Below, piece by piece: positions 1 through 9,785 of a stretch of 64,000 nt of DNA; position 1 is the first letter of the stretch; every line of letters begins with the position of its first letter. Both the position numbers and the translations under genes were made by a program. Source of the DNA: a virus; IMG/VR virus record IMGVR_UViG_3300045988_103765; one strand, given 5' to 3'. The notes under the pieces were generated by a model, which saw only the letters and a list, made by a program, of their open reading frames with translations, ran no database searches and was not told the DNA's origin.

Positions 1-1
1 A

Positions 2-673
2 CTTACAAGCAAGAAAACGGTAGCTGATGTGATAGGCGATAGCCAGTTATTGGCATGTGTACTAAATCCCAAAAGCGTAGGAAAATCGAGTTTTACGATT
101 GAGCAGTTCCTAACGACCGAAAACTATCCTTCGTTATCCACATTTCCTACCGTAATACAATGCTATTCGGTTCCAAACTACACGGGAAAGACCAATTCGG
201 CGGTAGTAAATTACACAGAAATCGGTAGCGGAATCACGTTCAAAGACCAATACATGTCAAACGAACTCAACGGAGCGTACCAGACGGAAGATTATTACAT
301 GACTACGCCTTTTGTCGTATCTTATAACGGAGATTATTCGGAGTATTGGAAGACTACATGTTCAAACAGTCGTAGTACGAAAGTTACCGTCAATGTGACA
401 GATTTCACCTTCCACGGATATGATGTTAACGGAAATCCAGAAACCGAGACATACAACGAAGATTTGAAGATGTACAATTCTAACAAACAGCAGGTCTATT
501 CCGTAGACATACCTGCAAATGGCTCGGTGACTTTGTATTTTAAAACAAGAATGATTGGAAACAATTATTCGTCATATAACACTCGCACAAACGTGTTCTA
601 TGCAGAAGCAAAAATCAACGGTTACAATCAAAATAGGATTATAAGGTTTGAACTTAATTACAGGTGCAATTAG
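2..673 (+). CDS. hypothetical protein, 5'-truncated by window edge (virion-surface-like composition)
   Basis: The frame of ORF 29..673 stays open back to nt 2, so the gene starts upstream of the window. N/T/Y-rich composition. No motif recognised. Confidence 0.5.
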   Translation, partial: LTSKKTVADVIGDSQLLACVLNPKSVGKSSFTIEQFLTTENYPSLSTFPTVIQCYSVPNYTGKTNSAVVNYTEIGSGITFKDQYMSNELNGAYQTEDYYMTTPFVVSYNGDYSEYWKTTCSNSRSTKVTVNVTDFTFHGYDVNGNPETETYNEDLKMYNSNKQQVYSVDIPANGSVTLYFKTRMIGNNYSSYNTRTNVFYAEAKINGYNQNRIIRFELNYRCN

Positions 674-769
674 TAAACATCAACAACTATATTTTTAGAA
701 CCTTCCCGGAAAGGCAGAAAGTAGCTCAATGGTAGGTTCATTCTATACAAGAGTTTATGATAGATAATA

Positions 770-1004
770 ATGGTGGATATGGAAAAGAAAGTAGATTTAT
801 TAATTAAAGGTAACTTGTTGGTTACCAACAATATAACTGGGGGGGGGGATTTTTAGTACCTCACTTGAACAGTTAGAAGAACATTTTAATGTTAGTGAAG
901 CAGCGATAATTGAAGGGGACTTGAATGTAGAATCTTTCGATTGTCGCTCTTTGTGTGTGGTTGTGCTTGGTGCAGTAGTTGCGAAAGGAGGTAACTATGA
1001 GTAA
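770..1004 (+). pseudogene. small ORF interrupted at a G10 tract (770..856, continuing in the +1 frame 849..1004)
   Basis: The ORF from ATG 770 runs into G10 and stops at TAG 854..856. With G9 or G12 it would read 52 more codons to TAA 1002..1004. That stop overlaps the ATG (997) of the next gene as ATGAGTAA. Confidence 0.4.
839..848. repeat. homopolymeric G10 tract
   Basis: Ten consecutive G counted directly in the sequence. Confidence 0.95.
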
Positions 1005-2151
1005 TAGTGGAGGTAAAATAACTGCGCCAGTCAATATAGCTACTGATATACCAGCCGTTCTTGGTATAAGTAGTACAGACTTAGGAACTCAATGTAAAAG
1101 TGATAGAGTAAATCAATGGTCTAAAAGAAAGCCTATGGAATATAATTCTCCATTAGAGCTAAGTGAAGCTACAATGGCAAATAATCATTATGGTGTCTGG
1201 GCGTCAGTAGGAACAGATGTGGTATTATCTAACAATACAATGAGAAGCTTTCCGTGGACGTATAAAAAACCTACAACATATTTTAGGGCAACAGACTTCA
1301 ACGGATATTATCATAAGGCTGTACCGCCAATAGAATTTACTTTTCCTAAAAAACTTACTATCACGGGAGGAGCAAGCGGTAATCTAATATCGGGAATTAA
1401 TGCAGGATTTGATGATTTAGGTCAAAGCGGATGGAATACAGATTGTTTAAGTATAAAAGATGCTATCTATAGTGATACATTAAATTATAGATTTACAGTT
1501 TGCGTCTTAGCTAAAAGCTCAACCGGACAAGTAAAGAAATGGTATGTTACAGACAAAAAAACTTTAAAACAAAGATTTGATAGTAGGGACTATGGAGAGG
1601 TAGATGTAGACTTAAACCTTAAACAAGCAGGCATTACACAAGGTATGTCTGCACAGCTATGCTATTTCCTATCAAACAACAATATACCAAATGGTGCTCC
1701 TTCTTTAACAATTACGGGAGATTGTACATCCTTAGAGTACACTCCGTATGCTTCTATTAGGTCTTATACAGTAGAATATACCTCACCAACAGCAGGACTG
1801 ACAGCTACCATAGATTTTGACTTAAATAGCTATACTGGAACAACATTCTATGTTACAAGGGTACATTATAAGATAACAAAGGATTCAAGCTATGTTCCTA
1901 CTACATTCTATCTTGACATACAAGCAGAATTAGCATCAGTCAAATGGATTTGGCTTGTAGAAAATATACAGCCAGTATTCAGTGGTAATGTTGCCGAAAG
2001 AACCTATTATACTTCGCAACTTCCTACTGACAACATGTTTGTTATGGATTATGCAGAACGGGATGAATTTTCTGTAGTCTTACGTTTTAATGACCCTGCT
2101 AATAGTTATACAGAAATATTAGCGACTGAAAATAAAGATGTGAATTGGTAG
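997..2151 (+). CDS. hypothetical protein (virion/receptor-binding candidate by position)
   Basis: ORF track 979..2151. ATG 997 is preceded by GGAGG; the track start at 979 is a TTG. No motif recognised. Confidence 0.6.
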   Translation: MSNSGGKITAPVNIATDIPAVLGISSTDLGTQCKSDRVNQWSKRKPMEYNSPLELSEATMANNHYGVWASVGTDVVLSNNTMRSFPWTYKKPTTYFRATDFNGYYHKAVPPIEFTFPKKLTITGGASGNLISGINAGFDDLGQSGWNTDCLSIKDAIYSDTLNYRFTVCVLAKSSTGQVKKWYVTDKKTLKQRFDSRDYGEVDVDLNLKQAGITQGMSAQLCYFLSNNNIPNGAPSLTITGDCTSLEYTPYASIRSYTVEYTSPTAGLTATIDFDLNSYTGTTFYVTRVHYKITKDSSYVPTTFYLDIQAELASVKWIWLVENIQPVFSGNVAERTYYTSQLPTDNMFVMDYAERDEFSVVLRFNDPANSYTEILATENKDVNW

Positions 2152-2282
2152 TAATATCAATAAGTTTTCATATATTTGCAGTGGATTGAGCGCATTTCAA
2201 TTTCAATGGTATATTCCCCATATTGAAAAAGATTTTAAGTTCCGAGATGCTTAGTCCTGAGATGCGTTCGTCCGCTTTAAAA

Positions 2283-2308
2283 AACAGAGTTGTTGCCGCA
2301 ACTCTGTT
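2283..2308. terminator. bidirectional stem-loop between convergent genes
   Basis: AACAGAGTTG / CAACTCTGTT form a 10-bp stem, flanked by an A-run on the left and T-rich sequence on the right. It lies between 997..2151 (+) and 2358..2747 (-). Confidence 0.6.
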
Positions 2309-2357
2309 TATCTTGACTTTATATTTAAAAAGCATCTGCTGCGAAGTAGGTGCTTTC

Positions 2358-2747
2358 TCATTCCAATATTATCAAGTTGTCATTAGCGTCTATCTGAATG
2401 CCAACGAACTTCATTTGAGGCAGGGAGATTATTCCAAGTATTTCAAGTCCCGTCTCCCTCTTGATACTTGAACGCACTCCAGATATATCGGCAATAAGAA
2501 ATTGAGAGATGTCTTTCCCTTCAAAATTCGCAAAAGTATTACAGTAGTAAACATCATTCATTTCTCCTCCGGCACCAACTATCGTACCGGGAAACCTACG
2601 TCCTTTGAGAAGTCCGTACTTCTTAACTTTGTCCTCTGCAATTAAAGCAACACTTGCTCCCGTATCTATCAAGAAATAGGCTGGCTTACTATTTACTGTA
2701 CATTCAATGATAAGCCTCTTGTCGGAAAGTGATTTAATCTGTTTCAT
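2358..2747 (-). CDS. retropepsin-like (clan AA) aspartic protease
   Basis: 129 aa, the size of a single lobe. Contains the catalytic-type motif FLIDTGAS and a downstream GAGG flap-like segment. Confidence 0.65.
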   Translation of the reverse strand: MKQIKSLSDKRLIIECTVNSKPAYFLIDTGASVALIAEDKVKKYGLLKGRRFPGTIVGAGGEMNDVYYCNTFANFEGKDISQFLIADISGVRSSIKRETGLEILGIISLPQMKFVGIQIDANDNLIILE

Positions 2748-2766
2748 AGGATGGTATTTTTAACGA

Positions 2767-3222
2767 TTAAAGATAAGTATTCTCGTCTACACGGTGCATC
2801 TTCAAAGTACCCATAATATAGTTCCGACCAGTAGGACGATTAACTATTATAGTTGTAGGTTCGTAAGAATCCAAACATACAAACTTGCTCTCTGCACCAG
2901 CATATTCAGATTTGATAGTCACTTGGTGGCTCGTCATATAACTAATGAAGTTCTTGTGAACCGCACGGACATCAACCGTACTATCGTGGAAATCATCTAT
3001 GATAAACGAAATCTCTACATCGGGATTTTCGTAGCACACTTTATCCGGTACGAAGACATCTTCCTTGTTGCTGTTAATCCAAGAAGCCGTATAGATATTC
3101 TTAGGCTCTCCTTGTGCAAGAAAGCCATCCATCTTCAATATACGAAGACCTTTCCATTTGACTGTAAAGTCAGTATAGTTTTCGATACCAGCTTTTACGA
3201 AATATATGTTTGCTCCTATCAT
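2767..3222 (-). CDS. hypothetical protein (possible tail-tip/distal tail component by position)
   Basis: ORF track. It abuts the upstream gene, whose stop codon (3222..3224) shares nt 3222 with this start. It lies in the operon downstream of the tape measure. Confidence 0.45.
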   Translation of the reverse strand: MIGANIYFVKAGIENYTDFTVKWKGLRILKMDGFLAQGEPKNIYTASWINSNKEDVFVPDKVCYENPDVEISFIIDDFHDSTVDVRAVHKNFISYMTSHQVTIKSEYAGAESKFVCLDSYEPTTIIVNRPTGRNYIMGTLKMHRVDENTYL

Positions 3223-3803
3223 TACAGTCTTAAATCTTTAGTGAACATTTTTACTTTACCATCATTCTCTAAAACCTTCACTTCACATTTGGGAGAATAC
3301 ATATAGACTACAACATTACTGTGTACGTCTACATAGTCAATAGTCAAAACACTTTCATCAAACAGATAAATACGTATGGTGTTAAATCCGTCCAATTCCA
3401 AGTGAACATTAGACTTATTGGATATATATATAGTTGGGCATTTAGTTTCTTGTACCGATATGCGGCTATCACATTGGACGAAGTGAGAAACGTCCTCTTT
3501 TAAGGTTATATAATCGTGATTATCTACCCACATAGAGTAAGTATAACCATCCACTCCATCAACATTATTAAAAGTGTGCTTCCCATTTATATAGTCAGCA
3601 AACTCCCTTTTCAAAAAGTCTACGGACATTCCCCAGCCTTCATACATTGAAGTTGCCATATATGGAATACTCTGTTGCTGCAAGGCAAGCTGCATTAGCT
3701 TCTCTCTATCCTCCTTGCAGGCTTTCCACTCCTTATTGTACTCGCTACACAAGTCCCGTAACAAAGAGTTTTTGTAAAAGTATAGTAAGTTATGCTCCAT
3801 CAT
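3222..3803 (-). CDS. hypothetical protein
   Basis: ORF track. It overlaps the upstream gene by 4 nt and shares nt 3222 with the downstream start. Confidence 0.55.
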   Translation of the reverse strand: MMEHNLLYFYKNSLLRDLCSEYNKEWKACKEDREKLMQLALQQQSIPYMATSMYEGWGMSVDFLKREFADYINGKHTFNNVDGVDGYTYSMWVDNHDYITLKEDVSHFVQCDSRISVQETKCPTIYISNKSNVHLELDGFNTIRIYLFDESVLTIDYVDVHSNVVVYMYSPKCEVKVLENDGKVKMFTKDLRL

Positions 3804-4489
3804 TCTTCTTTAAACAAGGAAACTATAAAATCACGTCCAGCACCCGTCCACCTTCTATCATAAATAATGCGTCCGTTATCTAATACAGTTTGCTTAACAG
3901 AAGTGTAACCTAAGTCGGCATACTTGGCATATAATAGCCATGTACCGTTTTGCTTAAACTGAACTTCCATCTTAGCTAACCGATTGTTAAGTTCTATTGC
4001 AGACCTCAAACCAACTTCCTTTGCAATCTCGCCAGCAGTATAAGTTTTAGAATCATGCACCAAGCGTTTAACATTGTCTTGTGCCTCCTTAGCTTCAAGT
4101 AACGCCTGCTGTTTTGCTTCATACTCCAAAGCCCAAGCTCTTGCGGCTTCTGCCGGATTATTGAAGTTAGGCAATGTGATACCAGAAATAGCTTTCTTTT
4201 CACATTCAAGAAAGTAGTTCCTATAATCATAACTTAAAGGAGTTCTTGCCATCATTGCAATATGTTTAGCAAAGTCTATTGTGATAGCATAATCCTTAGT
4301 TTCATTACCGTTCGTCATTGTGACGAACCCTACCCAATCCTCATTCTCTTTAAAGAAATCATCTTCAACTATGTTTTGAGTTGCCCATCTCGACCAATTA
4401 GATTTATCTAATCCAAGTCCAATATACAACTCTCTTGCCGAAACGACTTGCTTTCCTTCTCTCTCTGAAATTTTAATTAGCTCTTTCAT
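3800..4489 (-). CDS. phage antirepressor-like protein (AntA-type N-terminal domain + KilAC-type C-terminal domain)
   Basis: The N-terminus (VVSARELYIGLGLDKSNWSRWATQNIVEDDFFKENEDW) resembles the AntA motif. The C-terminus (AGEIAKEVGLRSAIELNNRLAKMEV..) resembles KilAC/ANT. Confidence 0.6.
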   Translation of the reverse strand: MKELIKISEREGKQVVSARELYIGLGLDKSNWSRWATQNIVEDDFFKENEDWVGFVTMTNGNETKDYAITIDFAKHIAMMARTPLSYDYRNYFLECEKKAISGITLPNFNNPAEAARAWALEYEAKQQALLEAKEAQDNVKRLVHDSKTYTAGEIAKEVGLRSAIELNNRLAKMEVQFKQNGTWLLYAKYADLGYTSVKQTVLDNGRIIYDRRWTGAGRDFIVSLFKEE

Positions 4490-4589
4490 ATTTACGACTG
4501 TTTATACGACTTGTTAATAATAATGAGAGAGAAGTAGAAGTCGCCACTACTTTCAATAGAGGAGCTACCTCTATCTATCTCCCTCACTA

Positions 4590-4597
4590 CAAATATA
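4590..4597 (-). promoter_or_regulatory. Bacteroidetes-type -7 box TATATTTG
   Basis: Matches TAnnTTTG on the minus strand, between the tape-measure stop (4602) and the Ant-like start (4489). Confidence 0.4.
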
Positions 4598-4601
4598 CTA
4601 A

Positions 4602-7600
4602 TTAATCGGGTAATATCCTAACATTTACACCATTTCCTGCGGCAGTAGAAATATTTACCGTCCAAACTTGAATGGCTTGAAGTATCTGATAGCTACTACG
4701 CATTTGAAGCAACATCTGCGACATTGTGCCTGCATTGACATTAGTCATATCCCATATACCCTGCATGATAGTAGTTTGCTGAAATACTTGCTGGCTTACC
4801 ATATTCATATAGGCTTCTAATGCACCAGCAGTTTCTTCGGTCACCGAAGAGATTCCTTTCTGTAATGAAGAAAGGGCTGCGTCTTTCACTCCACTACCGA
4901 ACTCTATACCAAGCTGACCCATCAAGTTTTTTAAGTCCTCGTTTATCAAAGGAATTAGCTCTTTACCCAAGTCAGCTATCTGTTTGGCTTCTTCGGTGGT
5001 AATACCTACACCGCCAGCAGAGTTTTCTTCGGTAAATCTCTGAACCATAGCAAACATACTCTTCAACCGTTGTCCGACAATCTCAGAAGCAAGCGACTTG
5101 ACAATCATATTTGTTATTAAATCATCAAAGCTTTCCTCTAAATTTGCCATTGTATCAGTTCCTTCCTTCCAAGCTGAAATCCAAGAATCGGCAAAGCTTT
5201 CTGCGGCAGACTTCACATCTGTACCGAGCAAAGTGTTTACTATATTAGTAGTAGCATCATCAATGGCATTCTGTAAGTCGGTAACTTGACCCTCTAATTC
5301 TATGATTTTGTCTTGGTCGCGGTTTTTCTTCTTCCGGCTCTTTTCAAGTTGAAGCTGACGTTGAACTTCTGCAAGCTGTGCCTTCTGATTTGCAATAGCT
5401 GCCTTCTGCGCTGAAATTTCAGCTTTACCCATCGACTTATCAACAGCACGTTCAAGATTCTTATAAGCGTTCTCTAATTGCTTAACTCTTCTCTCGCTCT
5501 TTTCAACCTCTCTTGTGATTTTCTTGTTTCCGGCATTGAATATGGCTGATACTCCTTGCCAGATACCTCCTAATGTGTTGATTGTTCCACCTAATATATC
5601 CCCTCCTGCTATTTGAGCTATTCCTTGTGCAGCTTGTGAAGCACCTTGTATAGCTTCGCCAATAGTAGATATCGTGTCGGAAACTCCCTCGGAAAATCCC
5701 ATCTGTTCAAAGATGTTTCCTATGGAACTAACGGACATACCCAACTGACTTACATATTCAACAGTACTTTCAAATGAACCGTCAAGTCCTTTAAAGTTAT
5801 CCTTCAAATTCTCAACTTGGTCTGCAAGTAAAGCAAAAGGATTACGAGAATTTACTTCCGTCTTTAAAGCCTTAATACGTGCCATTAACTCTTTGTATTC
5901 ATTAATTGGCATGTTGGCTCTATTAGCTACCGCAAACCTCTCTATCTCGTCAATCATATTATTCAAAGACACTGTACTGATTGCATTCAAGTCTTGGAAT
6001 GACTTCTCCCAAGCATTAGAAGTATTCTTCCATTCCTCAAAAGCTATCTTAGTCTTTTCTTGTTCCGCACCAGTATCAACAGCAATAGAGAGCTTTGGAG
6101 CTTTCTCGTTTATAAAGTTCTGTATCTCTTCAATCTCACTTTCTATCTCCGCTCTTACATCGGGGCTTTCAGTCACAGACAACTGCAATTCCAGCTTCGC
6201 CAAATCAGAAGTTGCATCAGCAACTCTATTGGAGATAGAAGCTTGGTCTTCCAAACGTTTTCTTTCGACCTCTGCTATCTTATCCTCCATTTCAGCGTAC
6301 TTGTCTGCAATAGACTGGAAGTTCTTGAAATCATCCAATGCAGCTTTCTTGATAGTATCGCTTAACCTTTTCTGAATATCTTCAATAGCTTTTGAAGCGT
6401 CACTCTCATTCTGAACCATAGTATTAAGAGAGCTTTGCCAACTCTTAACCCTTATGTCGTTAGGATTCTTTTCGATTAAGTCTTGTAATCTCTCTTGTTC
6501 TTTTTGGAAGGATGAAACTTTTTCCCTCAAACTATTCAATGTAGCGTTAACATCAGCTTCCAATTGTTCAAGTGAAACGGGGTCATACTCAAACAAGCCA
6601 GCAAACAGTGAACCGAACTGCCCAGCACCTTCAATATCCAATTCTAATTCATAGCCTTGGAACATTCCCTCAATCTTACGTTTTGCCAAAGCAACACTTG
6701 CAGAGTTTATAGAGATAGAATATTCAATCTCGCTCTGTGCCTTCTTCCCGGCAACCAACTGTTTAGCTTCCGGTGATTTGAGGGTTTCAGCTATCTTGTC
6801 GTAGAACTTCGGAGCACTTCCTTTGTCAAAAGTAATCAAGTCGTTAATATCAACACTGACACCTTTAAACGCATTGTCGAATAAGTCTTGGTAAGCTTCC
6901 TTCACTTTTTCGGTAGCATAGGTTATATTGCCAGTGTCTTTCACAAGCTGCAAGAACTTCTTCTGAATATCATCTACCAACTTAATCTGTTGTTTCAGCA
7001 AATCCATTTCCTCCTTTTTGGATTTATTCAAATCCTTTTGGGAAGTAAGATTTATCCTTAAAGAATTAGCAATCTCACGAACCATCTTAATTCGCTGTTG
7101 CGTCCATTCTTTTGATTCATCATCAACTAATAGTCCCTCATTGATTAAGTCTTCTTGCTTCTTTAATTCCTTGTACTCTTTCTTTAGACGGTCTGTATAA
7201 TCAAATATACCTTCGTCCTCTTTGAACTTAAAGATATTGCCTATCCTTTCATTTTTAGATGTAATATCATCTACAATAGCCTGCCATTTAGATAAGGCTT
7301 TTGTTTCATCGTCAGTAGGTTCTTTAAGCCCAGACAAGCTATCATTAGCTTTTTGAATGGAAGCGTTTATAGAAGCTAACTCTTTTTGCATTTTCTGCAA
7401 ATTCTCAAATGCAGCTTTCTCTTCCTTTTCAGAAGCCGGACGGGTATAAATCTCACCAGCCATTCCAGCTACAACTTCAACAAGCCCTTTATTATATAAT
7501 TGGGATTGTTTAGCTATATCTGTAATTAATTGGTCCCTTCTCTTTTCAAGTTCAGATAGTTGTTGCTCCGTACCTTTTATGTTAGACTGACTTAATGCTT

Positions 7601-9773
7601 CCGCAAATTCTCTTGCAGCTTTAGTATTAATACCTAATATCTTACCATATTCATTCATTTTTGAAATAATGGCAGGAGTAGTAGCATCTACCAACTTACT
7701 CATTACCTTATCTAATTGGTTATGAGCTTCTTTATTAGAATTTACAGCAGTTTCTAAATCTTTGTTGTTCTTTGCAGATTTTTCAGAAGAATCGGCATAG
7801 GCATCTATTGTTTCTTGGGTTGTACGTATTGTCTTTTGTAAATTGTCATATTGAGAAATAAGGTCTTCAACATTTGAAAGATTTTCAAAAGACTTCTTCA
7901 AATGTGTGCTTGCTTCGTCAAGTCCTTCTATTTGCTCCTCTACACTCTTAGCTTTAGGTAATAAGATAGCAAAAGTAGTTAATAAAGCTACAGCGCCAGC
8001 AGCTACAGCAGCGTATGGATTAGCAGCTACAAAAGCTAATGCCCTATTCAATACGCCTTGTGCTCTTGCAGCAGCAAGTGTAGCGGCAGCAGTTCCTTGT
8101 GTTGCCCTCGCTCTGGCTACTTCTGCAAGAGTTTGTTTAATTGTTAATCTTGTTCCGTTTAACGTTTCTATATTAGCTAAGGCTTGCATTGCCTTATAAG
8201 CTCCTATTGTCGATATGACTACAGTCAATGCAGAAGATACAGCGCGCCAATTTTCAAATAATTTCTGTACTACAGATATACTTCCCGTCAATATCCCTTG
8301 ATGCTCCTTACCTATTTCATTTAACATAAAATCGTAAGCATCAGTCAAATTTGATAATTTACCAGCTAACGTTTCAGCCTGCTTAGCTTGAAAGTCGTAG
8401 AACATGCCACCTTCATCTGTATAACGGTTTAAGACTTTCATTACATCAGTGAAGGAAACCATCTTATTAGACATTCTATCCATGACATCACCTACTGAAA
8501 CAATTCTTTGTTCCTGCTCAGTGTACATCTTGGCAAGTTCAGAAGTTATAGAAAGACCAGCATTGGCAAAGTCACGAGCATCCCTTGCTGTAAGTACAGT
8601 CTGTGCCCTAATCTGACCTAAGTTGTAAGTCAAACGTTCCATTGGTACACCAAGAGCGGCACTAATATCTGCAATACGTTTTGAAACATCTACAAGTTCT
8701 TCTGCTTCAAAGTTATAGGCAGCAAGCATTTTTGTTGTACTTGTCAAGTCTATTACGGTAAATGGAGATTTAAGAGCTAAAGTCTGTTGTTCCCGGAATA
8801 TCTGAGAACCTTTTTCAAAGTCATTAAGTACAGCACCGATTGAACGTTCAAGCAATTCATACTGACCTCTAACGTCCATAAGACTTTTTACAAATCCCGT
8901 GATAGCTCCTAAACCAGCATAGAAGAGAACTCTTTTACCTAAGTTCTTGAAGGATTCCATCAATCCGCTATTTACCTTTTGAAGCTGAACACCAGAGGAG
9001 ATAGCATCAGCATTTGCTTTTTTCAAACTTGCCATTTCCTTATTTACAGTAGCAAGTTTTGCAGCATAATTAGCATCATCTGTGGAGAGATTACGTTGTA
9101 CAATCTGCAAGGCTTTCAGCTTTTCAATTCTTTCTTGGATTGACTTATTGCCCATAGCCATAGCCTTTTCGTAGCTTTGACCTCCTTGTGATATTCTACT
9201 CTTCTCCTCCTCTCTTGCTATTCTTGCTGCTAAGTTGGCAGTCTGCTGACGGAGCAATATTTCTCTTTGAAGCAGCTTCTCCCTTTGAGCAACATGAACA
9301 TTAATCCTTGCCTCTTGCACATCAGTTTTTACAGTAGCCAATTGCTCCATATTATTCTTAATACGGGTTGTGTTCCCTTGTATCTTAGAGAATACTTCTC
9401 GCAAATTATTGGCAACTTGCAAGGCTTGGTTCATGGAATTAACGTCTACAGATACATTCGTAGTAGTAGCTTGCGTGGCAGCAGTATTACCTTGTGCAAT
9501 ATTAGTTGCCCCCAAACTTTTAAGCTTGGCTTCCAATTCTGAAATCTTCGTTTCCAAAGGACGGATTTGTTGGTTAAAGCCATCAACTAAGCCCTTGCCA
9601 ATATTCTTACCTAATTGGTCGGCAAAGCCCTCCACACTCGCCAACTTGCCTTCCAGCTTGTTGGTGAAATCTTCCAGACGCTTTTCCGTCTTCTTTAGAG
9701 TTTCATCTATGCTTGATAACAAGTCCTTATCAGACATTGAAGCACTAATAACTACATCTTTATTGTCTGCCAT
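4602..9773 (-). CDS. tail tape measure protein (1723 aa)
   Basis: Its size, long Ala/Glu/Lys/Gln coiled-coil stretches, a hydrophobic Gly/Ala-rich central segment, and its position downstream of the overlapping chaperone pair and tail tube gene. Confidence 0.9.
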   Translation of the reverse strand: MADNKDVVISASMSDKDLLSSIDETLKKTEKRLEDFTNKLEGKLASVEGFADQLGKNIGKGLVDGFNQQIRPLETKISELEAKLKSLGATNIAQGNTAATQATTTNVSVDVNSMNQALQVANNLREVFSKIQGNTTRIKNNMEQLATVKTDVQEARINVHVAQREKLLQREILLRQQTANLAARIAREEEKSRISQGGQSYEKAMAMGNKSIQERIEKLKALQIVQRNLSTDDANYAAKLATVNKEMASLKKANADAISSGVQLQKVNSGLMESFKNLGKRVLFYAGLGAITGFVKSLMDVRGQYELLERSIGAVLNDFEKGSQIFREQQTLALKSPFTVIDLTSTTKMLAAYNFEAEELVDVSKRIADISAALGVPMERLTYNLGQIRAQTVLTARDARDFANAGLSITSELAKMYTEQEQRIVSVGDVMDRMSNKMVSFTDVMKVLNRYTDEGGMFYDFQAKQAETLAGKLSNLTDAYDFMLNEIGKEHQGILTGSISVVQKLFENWRAVSSALTVVISTIGAYKAMQALANIETLNGTRLTIKQTLAEVARARATQGTAAATLAAARAQGVLNRALAFVAANPYAAVAAGAVALLTTFAILLPKAKSVEEQIEGLDEASTHLKKSFENLSNVEDLISQYDNLQKTIRTTQETIDAYADSSEKSAKNNKDLETAVNSNKEAHNQLDKVMSKLVDATTPAIISKMNEYGKILGINTKAAREFAEALSQSNIKGTEQQLSELEKRRDQLITDIAKQSQLYNKGLVEVVAGMAGEIYTRPASEKEEKAAFENLQKMQKELASINASIQKANDSLSGLKEPTDDETKALSKWQAIVDDITSKNERIGNIFKFKEDEGIFDYTDRLKKEYKELKKQEDLINEGLLVDDESKEWTQQRIKMVREIANSLRINLTSQKDLNKSKKEEMDLLKQQIKLVDDIQKKFLQLVKDTGNITYATEKVKEAYQDLFDNAFKGVSVDINDLITFDKGSAPKFYDKIAETLKSPEAKQLVAGKKAQSEIEYSISINSASVALAKRKIEGMFQGYELELDIEGAGQFGSLFAGLFEYDPVSLEQLEADVNATLNSLREKVSSFQKEQERLQDLIEKNPNDIRVKSWQSSLNTMVQNESDASKAIEDIQKRLSDTIKKAALDDFKNFQSIADKYAEMEDKIAEVERKRLEDQASISNRVADATSDLAKLELQLSVTESPDVRAEIESEIEEIQNFINEKAPKLSIAVDTGAEQEKTKIAFEEWKNTSNAWEKSFQDLNAISTVSLNNMIDEIERFAVANRANMPINEYKELMARIKALKTEVNSRNPFALLADQVENLKDNFKGLDGSFESTVEYVSQLGMSVSSIGNIFEQMGFSEGVSDTISTIGEAIQGASQAAQGIAQIAGGDILGGTINTLGGIWQGVSAIFNAGNKKITREVEKSERRVKQLENAYKNLERAVDKSMGKAEISAQKAAIANQKAQLAEVQRQLQLEKSRKKKNRDQDKIIELEGQVTDLQNAIDDATTNIVNTLLGTDVKSAAESFADSWISAWKEGTDTMANLEESFDDLITNMIVKSLASEIVGQRLKSMFAMVQRFTEENSAGGVGITTEEAKQIADLGKELIPLINEDLKNLMGQLGIEFGSGVKDAALSSLQKGISSVTEETAGALEAYMNMVSQQVFQQTTIMQGIWDMTNVNAGTMSQMLLQMRSSYQILQAIQVWTVNISTAAGNGVNVRILPD

Positions 9774-9785
9774 CGCTGCTACTTT

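Noticed and set aside
719-745. tRNA-like D-arm string (GTAGCTCAATGGTAGG)
   Set aside because: The D-stem cannot close (GCTC is not matched by GAGC). There is no anticodon arm, no GGTTCGAATCC-type T-arm and no acceptor stem, so this is not a tRNA gene. It could at most be a chance match or an old att remnant.
2223-2471. ORF 2223..2471 (+)
   Set aside because: It runs through the bidirectional terminator hairpin and overlaps the 3' end of the better-supported protease gene on the other strand.
4541-4575. Possible second degenerate omegaRNA remnant (TCGCCACTACTTTCAATAGAGGAGCTACCTC resembles part of the 11202..11300 element)
   Set aside because: Only ~10 + 6 contiguous matching nt, with several indels. 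This is compatible with chance and with a simple local hairpin in the Ant-gene leader.
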